Shown here: positions 38,786 through 54,400 of the stretch, one piece after another | How the letters are laid out: every line of letters begins with the position of its first letter | Position numbering within the stretch: position 1 is the stretch's first letter | Source: Octopus vulgaris | Lineage: Eukaryota | Reading direction: 5' to 3' | Length of the DNA: 64,000 bases | Assembly: GCA_951406725.2 (NCBI GenBank) | Contig: OX597817.1 | Location: 106,764,001 to 106,828,000 of the forward strand | Made by a program: the position numbers and the translations under genes | Notes under the pieces: generated by a model | What the model was told of the DNA's origin: nothing | What the model saw: the letters and a program-made list of their open reading frames with translations, nothing else | Database searches by the model: none

Positions 38786-39860
38786 CTGAAAAAAAAAAGT
38801 CAATAACAAAATGATTATCAAAACAAGTATGCAAAGGATGAAGATAAACCTTGCTTAGGTGGATACAAACACAGATGTATAGGCATGAGGAAGTAATAAG
38901 CTAAAGAACACAAATATTGGATCAACCCATAAATAATCCGGTTTTTTCAATTGCATAAACTAAAAGTCAGAGGGGGGACAGGATAAATTACTTGTATCAA
39001 CTTGCTACAAAAGCTGGTAGTAATTTTACCTAGTCCTTATTCTTAGTGCAAGTTCTGAAGAGTTACTAACAGTAACTCATTAATCAGTTATTCTGTAGTC
39101 TTCAAAATCATTTTAAGTGGAAAGAATATTAAAATCTGTAGATGAGGTCAGAAGAGTACAGGAGGAGTATTTTTCATCACAAGTGAATTTTGAAAGAGGT
39201 GCCTTGCAAGTCTACCAGACAGATGGAAGAGCATCGTAGAAAATGAAAGAGAGTATATTTTAGATTAAAACAGAACTTTATCTTAATTTTGAAAAAATAA
39301 AAAAAAGTATTAAAAAAACTGCATTATTCATGGGATGACCAAATACATTACTTACACACACACACGCACACACTCACACACACACACAATGAAGTGAGCA
39401 GCATAACTTCAGTTTCACCTAAATGAATAAGCTCTACTAAATGCATTGAGTACTTCAACTCTTCCCTTTGTAACCCCCAATTGCCTTGGAGCGTGTCTGC
39501 CCCAGCATGGCTGCAGACCAATAACTGAAACAAGATATATAACATATATATATCATCATCATTTAATGTCTGTTGTCCATGCTAGCATGGGTTGGATGGT
39601 TTGACCAGAGCTGGCAAGCTGGGGAAATGCACCAGACTCCCGTCTGATTTGGCATGGTTTCTACAGGTGGATGCCCTTCCTGACACCAACCACTCCAAGA
39701 GTGTAATGGGTGCTTTTATGTGCCACCAGTATGGGTGCCAGTTGTGCAACACCAGGTGCTTTTTATGTGCCAGTTTTGTGACACTGGCACTGGCCATGAC
39801 TATGATTCACTTAGCTTGACAGGTCTTCTCAAGCACAGCCTATTGCCAAAAGTCTTGAAA

Positions 39861-40050
39861 GCATCCTTCACATTATGGAAATATTGCATTCCTGAAAATC
39901 TTGCCATAACACGGAATTTCATAAAGTGAGAGATATTTCCTATTAACTCCATAGTTAATGAAAATTAAAGGGAAATACTTCCCACTTCATGGAATTCCAT
40001 GTCACAGCAAAATTTTCAAGAATGCAATACTTCCGTAACTTAAGGGATGC
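39861..40050. mobile_element. Fold-back MITE (almost entirely inverted repeat)
   Basis: Imperfect arms of roughly 88 bp (gcatcc...gaaatattgcattcctgaaaat / attttcaagaatgcaatacttc...ggatgc) with a short spacer. Confidence 0.8.
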
Positions 40051-40719
40051 CTATATACTTGTGTATGCATTTGTTCATTTCATGTCTATTTTCAATGTTA
40101 ATTCTAGCTTGGTAGGGAGTTAATTGAGGCACTGTTTTACAGCTAGATGACTTCCTGTAGCTAACCAGTCTCTGTCTTTCAAGTACAGGATCTCTTATTT
40201 CTGTACTTGAGGAATGTCTTTGAAGATGCAAAGCTAGCAGACAATTTATTGATAGAGGAAATACCAAGAATGTCATTACTTGTAGTTCAGCAATTTCCAG
40301 AGGAACAAATGTAAACACAGACACACATGAATGAACACACACACACAACTCTTTTCAGTTTCTGTCCACCAAATCTAATTTTAAGGCTTTGGTTGGTCTG
40401 GGGATGAGAGAGGAAGACATTTGATCTAGAGTGCCACACAGATTGAGCCAAAAACCACATGGTTTGGAAATGACTACCATACTTGTTCTTTATACATACA
40501 CATACATAAATATACCAAATGTGTGTATAAAAAAAAACATACATCAAAATTCACTAAGATATTCCCTTTTCCTTTTTTAGCAACATAACCTAGACAATAT
40601 AAATATTTCTGATCTTATTTCTTTTTAGTTGAAGAGAATGAAATTATACATAATTTATGAACTTGGCTCTTGTTATCTCAACCGTTTTCTATTCTATTTT
40701 TTGGTGATTGTGAAAGAGA

Positions 40720-41050
40720 GACAGAATCAACAAGTGATGGCACTCTGTTAGTTACAACAACGAGGGTTTCAGTTGATCTGCTCAACAGAACAGCCTGCTC
40801 ATTGAAATTAACGTGCATGAGGCCTGGCACAGCACAGACATGTGTACCCTTAACATAGTTCTCAAGGAGATTCAGTGTGACAAAGCTAGCCCTTTGAAAT
40901 AGAGGTACTACTCATTTTTGTCAGCTGAGTGGACTGGAGCACTGTGAAATAAAGTGTTTTGCTCAAGGACACAAAATGCTGCTGGGAATTGAACTCACAA
41001 CCTTGCAGTCATGAGCCAAATACCCTAATCACTAAGCCATATGCCTTCAC
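40720..41050 (-). mobile_element. tRNA-derived SINE, second head type; related heads at 56200-56440(-) and 23905-24170(+)
   Basis: Minus strand tggcttagtgattaggg (A box), gagttcaattccc (B box), then gtgtccttgagcaaaacactttatttcaca. Confidence 0.8.
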
Positions 41051-42074
41051 CTATAATGAGTGATACAGGAGTAAAAAAAAAAAAAAAGTGACAACTAGCA
41101 ATAAACGAAACTTCTAACAACAACTTGTCTACATGTCAAGCACAACCACTAATCCAATAGCATTACGGTTCATCAAATTAAAATCTTATTTTTTGCTGGA
41201 TTTACTTTGAGGCCTTTCAATTCTAAGTTTTGTTTCAAAATTTTCAATTTCCTTCATCTTTGACTGAGTCAGCTATGAGAACCAGGTTATTAGGAGTTCC
41301 TATGAACTATTCATAGAATTTCTCTATTATGGCCTTGAGAGCTATAATAAGCAGAAATGGGGCTGTTAGTCAAGATTTGATGTATACAGCTAGAACAGTA
41401 AAATATTTGCTAAACTCTTTACTAACACTCACCTTGCTGACAACCCCTCTTTACACTGCTTGTGTAGCTATCACAAGCCATTTGTCTCAGGTTGACAACA
41501 AAACAGAGTGGTTTGCTTCTAGCTAAGTATTTCAATAGTTGTCTCACTAAAAAAAAATGTCTTTTCAAAAATGATAGGACATATTGGATAACATAGTTTG
41601 AAAAGATGGATGGACATGGTTAGAATCCACTCAATCAGGGCTGACAAAAATGTAAACAAATGTTATTACCATACAGTATCACAGTTATAATTAAGGATTC
41701 ATTTGATCTGCCCTAGCAATATAAATGAAATTCAAAGACTTCTGGGAAATTGCCATATAAATAAGATCACTGGTTTTAATTTTAAAGTCTAACATGATAA
41801 CCACCAAGCTGAAATTAGGGACCACTGAATATTGAAGTATATAATCACAAATTCTAGATGGTGATTATAATCAGCTTAAAGTTGATATAATAAAAGGAGG
41901 AAGGTAAAAAGAAAATGATGTGTATAAATAGAGGAAAACATTAATGTTCCAGATGAAGTGCTTCATTGGAAAATATTACAGCTTCATGCAAATAAAGGAA
42001 GAAAGCTTACTGTAAAATAGAAATCTAACAATTCATACAAATAACAAAACCAGTTATAGATAAGCAGATGAAAT

Positions 42075-42119
<45 letters not shown>

Positions 42120-42261
42120 AACAGAAGTTGAATGTTAACAGATTCTTTATGTAAACTGGAGATGTAAGCATAAATAAGTTTTACCAACAGGTAAACAAAA
42201 CAGTATATGATAATATAGGATTATAATATGTAATAATATAGAAAAACAATGTAATAGGCAC

Positions 42262-42296
<35 letters not shown>

Positions 42297-44879
42297 ATCA
42301 TCACACTGACGGAGTTTTAGTAGCAGCTTTTTTATGTCCTGCAGTTTGGTAGTGCCACATGCAAAGACAGTTGAATAAAGTACCGTTCAAAAACAAGGTT
42401 TTATGTCAGAAAGGTTATCCAACAACAGAATATTGTCACAAAATATCGCCTCCAAACTATGGGAGTATGAAAAAAAATGAGCATAAAAGTGATGATAACT
42501 ATATTGACTGAATATGAAACTGTATCTTCACCAAAATATGGCCATAAAATAGTTCTCTCTAGGAGTTGTCTTCACCTCATTAACAAAAATGTCTAACATA
42601 AATATCAGAGTTTTCAATCAGAATTACTTAACCTTTTAGCATTTAAACCAGCCATATCCGGCCCAAATACCCTACTGGTTTTATGTTTAAACCAGCCAAA
42701 TCTGGCCTCTCGCCCCTACACTACAATCTTATTCTCAAGATAGACAATCATAATATCAAAATCTTAAAGCCACAAGGTAACGCATGGTTAATTGAAAACA
42801 ATATGGATAAATAAATATTACATTTGACAGGCTAATCTGAATGCTAAAAGGTTAAACCACATTTTCATGGTTGTTCAGCCCCGCCCACCACATGCTCAAC
42901 AATCTTGATTGTGCAGATCCATAATCAAAGGCATTGCAGTTGTGACTATGCCATTCCTTTTTTTCTGGACACTTCCATTTTTAAGACAGTATAGTGTAAC
43001 GAGATTAATTTAGCTGCTATTTCTGGCAGGTTGAGCAATTGCAGAAGCCCACTCATTTTGTTTTACAGACTTACATAAACTTACATATTCAAAATTCCAT
43101 TAACATTTTAAAGCAAAAAAGCTTCCTCAACATTTATTCTTTGACAAAATGGAACTTGTACCAAAGAGTTAAGTATTTTGTGCAAAAATCCAAGGAAATA
43201 TTTATTTACTAATTAGTAAAGAATTTTAATTATTTCTCAATGATAATTACATTTATAAGCAAAAATATCAAGCAGCGAAATAAGTATCAGATTTTGGAGG
43301 GAACAATTTTGACCCAATTAAGAGCTGATAGTGATAAAAGCCTTGATAAATTACACTTATCCAGTGTGATAGCATATGTTACCTAAAATATTACAATCAC
43401 AACAAAAATTTTCATATTTTTATGGTGATCAGAAAACTAAATTTCTATTTATCAACTAAAAGGGAATACAATTTTTTAAAATTTCAAATGTCAAAGTAAA
43501 TAGTAAATACTTTCTGCAGGCATTGCTGTGTGGTAAAAAGCTTACTTCCCAATCACATGGTTTCAAGTTCAGTTCCAGTGCATGAAACCTTGGGCAAGTG
43601 TCTTCTACTATAGCACTAGATCGACCAAAGCCTTGCGAAAGGATTTGGTTGACAGAAACTGAAAGAAGCCCCTTGCATGTGTGTGTGACATCATGTTTGC
43701 TCCTCCATACCACTTGACAATTGATATTGGTTTGTTTATATCCCTATAACTTAGCAGTTTAGCAAAAATGCCCAATTAGAATAAGTACCAGGCTTAAAAT
43801 TAAGTAGTAGAGTTGATTTGTTTGACTAAACCCTTTAAGGCAGTGCTCCAGCATGGCCACAGTCTAATGAATAAAACAAGTAAAAGACAAAAGATACTTA
43901 AGAGATATTTTATTTATTTATTTCTGCGTTTCAGCCAAGTGGCTGCGGTCATGCTGGAGCACGATCAACACCTAACACAAAACTTACTAAATCTCCTTAT
44001 ATTGTATAAATTGGACAACGGAAGACAGTAAAAAAAAAAAACAAACCTTGTGAAGGTTTTACATTAATCAAAAGAATGGAATACATCACCTTTCCCACAC
44101 AGATTATACTATCAATGATATATCAAAGTCTATTTAGCTGACTTTATAAAAAGAGAGAAATAAACACAGATTTCTGATACACACAAGAAAACTTATTTCT
44201 AATACACACATAACACCCACACCTAATATTTTCTTTCTCATGAATATAGGAAAGATGATGTATGTTCAATAAATAAATAAAGAGGTAATAGATGGGTCAC
44301 AGAAATAATTCATATCCTGAAATAATTTCTCATTTCCTGCATTACTTTTTCTCCTCTAAAGTATTTGATGCATACCTAAGTATGTGACATACTTTGACAG
44401 GATTTTAAATTTGGTCAATAGTTGTATGAAGTTTATTCAATTTTTGACAACAGGCAATGTCAAAACTGAAATACTGATCTATATTGTTTTAGATGAATAT
44501 CTGATACAAAATGTCTATATTTGAAAATTTTTAAATATAGCTTAATCTGAGATCTCAATTATATTTCAAGAAAGATGATTAGAATATTTTATATGATTTA
44601 AAGTTTTTTTTTTTAAACATAACACTACAAAGCTCACTGCAGATTAATAATGCAGATGAATAATACTGTAGCTAACATAAACTGAACTAGATAGTGTTTC
44701 AGTTAGTGTGAAAAGGAAGGATGATAACCATGGTACAGTATCTTCAAAATATTCTGAACCGGAGTAGGAATAACGAGGTACAGTCAATGCAGAGCATGCT
44801 TGGCTATCATCTATCATCTGTTCCCCAACATGAAAAAACACTCGGCGAGGAATCAGTATCACAGTGACAATGATGTCAT

Positions 44880-45068
44880 GTCTGCTATTGATGACTTCTT
44901 TTGATTAACAGGATGTAAATTTCTTCACCAATGGGATCCAAGCACTACAACATCAATGGAAGAAGTGTGTGGATCACATGGGGGTCTATGTTGAAAAATA
45001 AACCTCATTTGGTCACATTCCAAGAGAGTATCTTGGTCAGCCTATAAACTTTTCAGCTGATCCTCATA
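44880..45068 (+). mobile_element. Mariner 3' terminal fragment
   Basis: FFTNGIQALQHQWKKCVDHMGVYVEK* C-terminus followed by TIR-like aacttttcagctgatcctcata. Confidence 0.78.
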
Positions 45069-48000
45069 AAGCAGACAATGAAGCATGATGCAGTCCTTGC
45101 ACACACTAGATCCTGTCAAACCATCTAACCCATGCCAGCATGGAACATGGATATTAAATGATGATGGTGATAATGATGATGACTGGAATCAGGATATAGT
45201 ACTATGAAAGAAAGACTGGATGGTGAAATTCATTAGTGAATGTGACAGGAGAGGTATTTTTAACCCTTTCCTCACCACATTTTAAATGTTAATACTCTGC
45301 TCATGTGTTCCAGCTTTGAAAATATTCAAGAATATAAAGAGATAAATAGTTATATTAAGTTGGTGTTTTGGAGCAAAACTTGAGAAAAGGTTCTTACATA
45401 AAATTATGAACAGTTTTGATTCAACTATAAATACTTTTAGATTAGAGGGTTTGCAGCAAAAGGGGTAGGAGAAGATGATGTAGATCAGCAACTTCAAAAA
45501 CACAGAATGATAAAAGAATGGAAGAGAGAGAATAGTAGTGACTTATGGATTAATGGTAGTGCAAGATTCCTAGATATTTATTAATCAAGTGGATTTCATT
45601 TTTTTAAAACAAATGCATGGTGACAAAATTGTGTTGATTATGTGAAAATAAACACTTGTTTGTGAAAAGAGTATTTAAAATGCATATGTTCAAATGAATA
45701 TCTACCACTCTCAAAGTCCAACCTCAGGCTTTTATAGCAATTTTGGTTACATAAAATTTGGTTGCCTTCATCTTGTGGGAAAAGGTAACTTGTTTAATGC
45801 TAGAGCTATGATAAAATGCATCCAGTATTCTCTGTAAAATTTGACTAACAAGCAGAGACAATACAGTCAGTCTTTAGTTTTATCTTGTCAAGGACATGGT
45901 ACTTTCTCTAGAGCTGTTACCATGACAAAATGCCTTCAACACAATTGGTACTAAGAAGGGTACCCAGACATAAATCATGTCAAAACAGAATATATGAACA
46001 AGATGTGGCTTGCAAGCTTGTTTAGGAAGATTCTTGATCACAACTGACCTAGATCCCAATGACTTGTCCAGCCCTATATCAGCATAGAATATGAATGTAT
46101 GATAATGATGAAGTTTGTTTTTCTGAATAAGTAATTATCAAAGGTTGTGAGTGTTTTATTAAGGTGTGTGTGACAGTTTCAGTTGGAAATTTCTAGTACA
46201 AGGGTTTCAGTATTTGAAGTTACTGCAAGTTTTGTCATATTGAATTTTGGAACAAGTGAAGAAAGGTAAGTAAATATACTAGTGCAAATACCAGAAACTT
46301 CAGCTGCATTCACCACGTTTGGTGAATCAAGCTACAACACATTCAGAAAGTAGTTGAATCAACAAGAGGCCTGAGGTGAAGCTAAAGAAGATAATCTCCG
46401 TTAAACACAATCATGACTTATACAGGAATTCTTAATAGGTGGACACCACAAACAGGCTGAACTTAACAACATTAGCTGCAAAACTGCTTTTGGGAATATG
46501 AACAATTTGGTTGTAGTCTAGGTAAATGCTTTACAATTTCATGAGAGATGAATAGCTGTTATAAGAAAGGGTGTGAAAATACAGACTTTTGAAATAATAT
46601 TTAAAGATTAAATACTGATAGAGTTATTAAATAAGAAAACTGTTTACTCTGAGTAAATAGTCTACTAAGTATTAAGTGAATAAGAAAGTAAAGAAACATA
46701 AAACTAGCTTTTCTTCAAATAAAAATGTTAAATAAGAAACTCAAAACTTTGCTGTCACAATACCACTTTATTTTACTGGGTATAGAAAATTTAGATGAAA
46801 TGGCACATCAACCCAGCCTGCATTTTCCTACCCAAATATGGACATGTAATTAAAACCAAATATGCACTGCCTTAACCTCAACTAGACATCCTATTACAAC
46901 AATCCATAGGTTATCATATAAAAACAACATTAAATGAAATGCTACTTAAATAATTATATTGTTAATGTTATCATATCTGATGCATAACATTATTATAACA
47001 ATTTGAGATGTAAAGAATGTAAGAGGAATCTTCAAGCTGGATGTCTTTTCCAATATTGAAATAATGCATGCCTTTCTTCTGAGCTATAGCAGAAAATATT
47101 ACATGAACATATCTGATAACAATATTATAGAAACTGACAACCTACAATCGAAAATATTAGGCTACACAAGCACATATACACAGATCAGTTTGATGTTTTT
47201 ATAGGCAGGTTTCTTTTTTTTTTTTCTTCTAATACTTATTCAGGTAGTCCTCTGACATTAATATTTCTCATAATGACCATCTAAATCAGTCATGGGCAAA
47301 CTAACCCACAGGACTTTTTCAATGGAACAACCAATGGAAAATTACCTTGAAATTTTTAGTAGTGTGCCTCACTTGATAAGTCATGTCTCATGTGACCTGC
47401 TTCTCAAAAAAGGTTACCAATGCTTGATCTAAATTACTGATTTCTAACCCTTTTTCAGCCCATTACTCCTTTTTAACTTTTATTTTTATTCTTAATTTCC
47501 TCTTCTGATCCTAAATTTCTTCACAAGAAAACGCATCATAAAATACAAGAAACAATAAACAAAACAACACATTAGGAATCATTCTTTTACCCTGTTTCAG
47601 TCATTTAACTGTGGCCATACTGGGGCGCTGTTTTGCAGGATTTGGGCAAAAAAATTCACCCAAGTACTTATCTTTTTAAGCTTGATACTTTCTTATTGGC
47701 CCCATTTGCTAACCTTTAATTTACAGGAACTTAAACAAACCAATACAGGTTGCCGAATGGTGGAAGTGGAGGGTGAGGGACAAACAGAAACAAACACATA
47801 TATACATATATGATGGGCTGCCACATGCTTTCCATCTACCAAATTCAATCATAAGACATTGGTTGACCCAGGGATATAGCAGAAAACACTTGGCCAAGGT
47901 GCTATGCAGTGTGACTGAACTTAAAACCACATGGCTGCAAAGTGAGTTTCCTAACCTCACAGCCAAGCCTGTACCTATAAAATGTCCATTTTGGAAACAG

Positions 48001-48499
48001 CTCCACATAGGCAATTGCTGATCTAAATGCTACATTGACAATATCTCAGATAATACTAATAGAAAAGTAACAGCTGGCCAACAAATAGAACATAGGTCTA
48101 CTTAATAAGCAAAAACGTCAATAGTGTATCTAGGTTAAGGTATGATTCACTACTTAAGAATAAATGTAGATAAATATTAGGTGAAGTTACCTGGAGCATA
48201 GTACAATCAACAAATGGATTTTTTTACTTTGATCTACAGTATTGGTTTTAGTTAGCTTTCTCAAATAGATAAATTTTGCACAGCATTTGAAATTCCTCCA
48301 GTGCTCAGTTATTTGCTGATGGACTTCCCTAGTGTATCCCAATTTTTGAAAGGGTCCCAAAGGACCTATTTTCTGGTGACATAAGATGGGATTTGAACAT
48401 GGAATGTGCAGATGAAAAGATTGCATGACCAATTTTTGAAACTGAGAGAACCAACTGGAAACCTAGGGGTAGAGGTAAATAGGTAGGTCATGCCCTTGC

Positions 48500-49060
48500 T
48501 TAATGGAGTTGGAGTCAACCAAGGTTAGTGGTCCCAGAGACATCATGCATCGAGCTGATCAGGTCCACCAGTGCTCTTCATTGCTAGCAGTTCCATACCA
48601 GCCCCTCTGCATCCTTCAAGGTGACATCAAGCCTCTGGAGATCTCCCTCAATCACATCCAGCCATCTGGTGCCACAAGCCTCTTACAGCCCACAGTTGTT
48701 GCATCAAATGAGAGTAAAGCTCTGGTAGGATGATCTAGTGGGAGACAGAGGACTTGTCCATACCAGTGCATGTGATGGATAGCTATGAGGTAGGAGACTA
48801 CGGGCTGATGCATGTGTGCACATAATGTTTTGTTGGAAACATGATGGTACCATCTGATGTTCTCAATAGTTCTCAGGGCCCTGCTATTGAAGCCATCAAT
48901 TTTCTTTGTCAGGGTCTTCAAGAGGGATCATATGTTTGCTCCATAGAGGAGAATGGAGAGGACTGAGACATCGTAAATGTGGAGATTCATCTTCCAGGAG
49001 ATAGAGCAGTGGTGCCAGAGGGGCTTCCATAGGAAGTACATGAACCCAGTGGCCAGACCA
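48500..49060 (-). mobile_element. Decayed RTE-like LINE C-terminal fragment
   Basis: KKIDGFNSRALRTIENIRWYHHVSN...WYGQV resembles the RTE post-RT region. Confidence 0.7.
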
Positions 49061-51189
49061 CATCTGCAGTTGACCAAATGAAATTGGTTTTATAATATCC
49101 ATAGTCTCAATCACACAAGAAAGTGTAATGATGGTTGCTTCTGATAGGACCCTACAGAGAAGTTGCCTGAAGAATCTACCTCTCACAACCCTCCTAGGAA
49201 TAGTGAGTGGTGAGGATGGCTGGAATGTACAGAGTTGAAACAGATACTGTAAGGCATCCCATTCAATGTTTTAACAATTCCATCAGTTTTTACATTTGAC
49301 TGGTACTTCATCAGCCTGAAAGGTTGGAACACACAGTTAACTACAGTGGGATTTGAACCCAAAGAGAATTGGACTGGAATAAACACAAGGTATTCTATTC
49401 AATGCTTTAACAACTACCAATTCACCACCCAACACATAGTCGATAAAGCAACAAGAATACACAGTAGTGCTGTTTTAAATTAAATGTGGCTGCAAGGCAT
49501 GGTTGTATGGTAAGAACCACATGGTTCTGGGTTCAGTCCCACTGCGTGGAACTTTGGGCAACTGTCTTCTACTATAGCCTCAGGTTGATCAAAGCTTTAT
49601 GAGTAGAAACTGAAAGAAGCATGTTGTATGTGTGTTTGTCCCCCCCCCCATCACTGCTTAACAACTGGTGTTGGTGTGTTTATGTCCTTGTAACTTAACA
49701 GGCTGGCAAGAGAGACCAATAGAATAAGTACTAGACTTCAAAAATAAGTCCTGGGATTGATTTGTCCAACTAATATTCTTCAAGGTGGTGCTACAACATG
49801 GCCACAGTCAAATGACTGAGACAAGTAAAAGAATAAAAGAATATAAAAGAGAACCAATATAAGTATCTGGTAAGAGTTGAACTAATGCCTACTAGTTGGT
49901 ACTTTAACCATTAGTCTGCTTTTACATTATTAGAACTCTCAAGTCACTTGAAATTGCATACATACTAACTTCAAAAAACAAAAATAATTATTCTTCATTT
50001 AACCTTTCCTGCTAACCCCCTAACATAATTGTGAAATTAGTAGGTCTTGTGCTTTAGCACTGAGTCAACCTTAATTGAGTAGATCTATGACGAAAGGCAT
50101 TCAAACTGTAACAGTCCCACCTTTTGTGACAAAGGAATACAGAAGCAAATCCAATGGATGAAAGGACTGTGATTAAAGTAAAAACATATGTTTGATAGAA
50201 TCACTACAAATAATAACCTTGAGTAATGTATATTTACATGACTTTCACCTACTTCCAAGCAAGGTAATATTTCCACATTGTGAGAGATGTTTTTCCCAGT
50301 TCCTGATTAAAAACAGCTACTGTTCATTTTTATTCCATCCTACTGCAAGTTAATAACAGCCTCCTACTTTTACATTATTTAAACCATATGGGAGGTGAAA
50401 GCGACAAAGAAAGTTGAATATTTCTTTTTTTAATGGTATTAATTAGAAGAGAAATGACAGCATCCATGACCCTTTTCAGGGCTTCTGTAACTGGGGAATG
50501 AATATAGGATGTTATCCTCAAAGGGGAGGCTTGCAACAAAGTGGATTCTAATAAAAGCACCCAAAGTTCGAGTGGAAGTTGATTCTAATAAAAGCATCCA
50601 AAGTTCATGCAGCAACAGGTTTAGCCTATCACTGTCGGTGACTAAATTCTATTAACAAGACTGGTTGACCCAAGATTATGCTAGAAAACACTTGCCCAAA
50701 ATGCTGCTGGGTGAAATTGAGCCTCAAACCTCATAGTTACAAAATAAATTCCTTAACTATTCAATCATGTCTGCATTCATATGCAGAGATCTTTACTTCA
50801 ATGCTTCAACATCTTGGTTTTCACTAAAGATAACGTTATTGCTAGCAAATAAATCTTAGTAAGATGTTAAGGTTTAGACTATTAGCAATGCAATTACCTT
50901 ATAAGAACATTGTCTCGGAATCCAAGAAAAAGATCATTAGTTTAGCTACATATTGTATTCAATCCTCATACATAGTTAAAAAGTGCTGTTTCTATGCAAC
51001 ACTAGTTCACTTACAATTAGCTAAATCTAAGTATAATTCTCCAAGTCTCATAACCTCAAAAAGTATTCTAATTAGGCCTAGATTCCTCATTAAACAGAAC
51101 ATGTACATGCTTAGGATACTATAGAGTTTCTTCTTTTATCAGGCATATTATGATGCAAAAGTTTGCATTTTTTTAGTTGCCTAGTTATA

Positions 51190-51410
51190 TATAAACCTTC
51201 TGATACCAACCTACATGAGACCACCCTTGGCTCTATGATAGAAATTTCCTTTTGCAAAAGATCTAAATTAGAATCTTCCATCAAAATTGTATGTTCAAAA
51301 TACCAACTTAATGATGACAAAGTTATTTTACTAAATTTTTTGTGGTTTTCATAATTAATTGAAACGAAGGTAAAAGGGTTACTTTAAGAGAAATGATAAC
51401 AAAAGTGTTA
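51190..51410. mobile_element. Second TTAA-type MITE family; copies near 52625-52847 and 60932-61171 (opposite orientation), 4645-4880 (degraded)
   Basis: Shared gataccaacct.c.tgagac...atcttccatcaaaat body; termini resemble ttaaccc / gggttaa. Confidence 0.6.
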
Positions 51411-54400
51411 ACACAACAGTGAGGTCTGACTTAGAAGAAAACTGACTTCTAAATCTATCATTTCACATTCAATATTAATTATCTTAATGGCTTTGTTAAT
51501 TAGACAACAAATGGATAGTGGAAGAACCATTGTTTAGGGTATTGGTTAACCTTTATTGACCTTGATCTTAATTAACAACTAGATACACCACCTACTTTCC
51601 TAATTAACCATCTCCAGATGCTAGTACACTTGGCAATTCAATCTAATACAGTTTTAGAGACATTGTACTTCCAGCTGGAAACTGTAACAAAGCTGCACAC
51701 TCAGTTTGCTAAGAACTTAAGACAGTAACAGGAGATCACCACTAAAAGAGCCTCCATAAGGTGACTCAACTTGTTGGAAATAGCAACCAAATCATTCTCA
51801 AATTACATCCCATCATCTTAAAACAGGAAGGATATGTTGAATAAGGTAGTCCTAGATATACAATGTCTGAGAGAAGTTCAGAGTGATGAAGACTGGAACA
51901 ACTGCTCATAGGTGTCCTTGCAGAGAACTGACCTGGGGCTAATGCTATTTTTACATGGAATGAGAATCTTAGTAGAACCACAGTGACTCTTACATGAAGG
52001 GATTCCACCTGCAATTGCATGGTCATCCAAAGTCTATTTTCTTCATCAGTAAATACAACACTCAAGTCATAGGAGTTGATCTTGTTGACAAAGCTAAAAA
52101 ATAACAAAATCAAGTCCAGCCTTCACAACACTCAAGAATCAAGGACTGTAAAAAAAAGTTCTATACACTTTTAACATTCAGATTACAGTCAAATGTAATG
52201 CTTATTTATTCAAGTTGTTTTGAATTAATCATGCAATATCTTGTAGCTTCAAGATTTTGATGGCGTGATTGTATATTTCTAGAATGACATTGTAAGTTAG
52301 ACAAAAGAGGCCAGATCTACCTGATTTCAACATAAAATGGGTAGAATATTTGAATCAGATATGGTTACTTTAAATGCAAAAAGGTTAAATATTAGCTGAT
52401 ATATATAAAGCAATTAAAAATCCCATCTCTGAGCTTGATACCCTACAAGTTTAAAAATTCAATTTCAATACTTGATCACTTCACACATGTAGCAAGTTTT
52501 TTTGATAAAGGCATGAATATCACAAACTCCTATTTTCACTTCCTGGTAATCATTATCTAAAAAACAATCCTTTGTTCTTCTATTTAAATTTTTGAATTAT
52601 AAATGTTATTACCTACAGAAATCTATTAATTCTTTTGTTACTATATTTTTATTGAGATGCACTACTTTTATTTCAATTAATCTTTAAAGTAATGAATGTA
52701 AAATAATTTTGTCTTTATTAAGCTGGTGTTTGAAATAAATTAACATAAAATTCTGATGGAAGATTTAATTTAGATTACCTTTAAAACAAGAAGCTGATGT
52801 CATAAAACCACAGGCAGTCTCAGGTAGGTTGATATCAAAAGGAGTAATACCAGTGACAAACATTGCTACTTTTTACAACAAATGACGCCAGTGTGGCAAT
52901 ATCAGTCTGCCAATGCTATGCAAAACAGTAATATTTGTAAACCTATGAAGCTTCCGAACATTTAGACTGTTTTTCATTTTTAAGTCAAATTCTCAATTTT
53001 GTTTGCAAATTTCAATCTTACTTTGCAGTTCTTCAAATGATCAAAATAAATTATAAAAAAAAATTACCACACATTTATTTGCAAACCTTGCAGCCCAAGA
53101 GATCACACACTGAGCTGAGGTAGAATCTGAACAACTGCCAGACCTGATAAAATTAGCAACCTAATTCTTCATCAAAACCCCCTTATTAAAGAAAAGATGC
53201 ACCAGAAAATTCAAACGTAAATACAGAACCCCCAAGCCGAAAAGAAAACTGAAATGATTTACTGGATGAGATGCCAAACTAGAACACTGATTCAATGATT
53301 TAGTGATATATTTATAAATTTAAGGGTATTAAAGTGTTCCGCTTATAATATCTTCAAAAAGCTTAATAAACACTGACATAGGAATTTCATTTATCAAATC
53401 ATTACTTTCTCTTGATTACACATACTGTATTTAGTGATAATATAAATAGGTGGCTTCTAAGTGATTGCTCAACATACCAGATATAGCAGTCAAATCTGTC
53501 TGAAAGCAGACCCAGCTGTTTTAAAGAAACAGACATTGTTATCCCAGATACACCATCTGAAGAACAAAAAGGACACAATGATGGCAACTGGAATGCCTTT
53601 TGATGATAGGAATATTTGCTAGGGATGACCTTAGACTAAACAGCAATAACTTTGAAGAAAGGAGACAATGAGTGAGTCTCTATATGACATGCTAAAAATA
53701 GCAGCAAATCTCATTCAAATCACACTGGTATATCTTTTATTTTGTTATTCTTTTGTTTCAGTCATTTGACTGTGGCCATGTTAGAACATCACCTTGAAGG
53801 GTTTTTAGTCAAATGAATTGACCCCAGGATTTATTTTTTTAAAGCCTAGTACTTATTCTACTGGTCTCTTTTGCTGAACTGCTAAGCTACAGGGATATAA
53901 ACACACCAACACTGGTTGTCAAGTGGTGATGGGAGGACAAACACACACACACGATGGGCATCTTTCAGTTTCCACCTACCAAATCCACTCACAAGGCTGT
54001 GGTCAGCCTGAGGCTATTGTAGAAGACAATTGCCCAAAGTGTCATGCAGTAGGACTGAACCCAGAACCATGTGGTTGGGAAATTAGCTTCTTACCACACA
54101 GCCATGCCTGTAAAAAAAGAATTATAAAATCGTATGGTTAAAGCTGGAATACTTTTGACCATAGGTTTGCTCAATCAAAGTTGGCCAGTGGCTAAACATG
54201 AACAATCCTGGAGAGATGAAAGGCAAAATCAGTTTGGCGGGATTTAAACTTGTAACTACACAACATTCAGCTCAGCTCTTTGCAGTCTAAGCCAACTGCT
54301 CTTTCATAAGCTTAGAACTTTTTAACCAATGAATCATAGTAATCAGTGGGCTATAAGAAAAGTTAAAGACCCTAAAATCAATGTTGCTGAACAAAGTTCA

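Noticed and set aside
40985-41050. tRNA-like sequences (also 56370-56435, 62537-62600)
   Set aside because: No complete cloverleaf; each continues into a SINE body.
50539-50606. Short tandem duplications (37-bp period here; also about 488-522, 19098-19168, 33715-33748)
   Set aside because: Two-copy local slippage events with no further structure.
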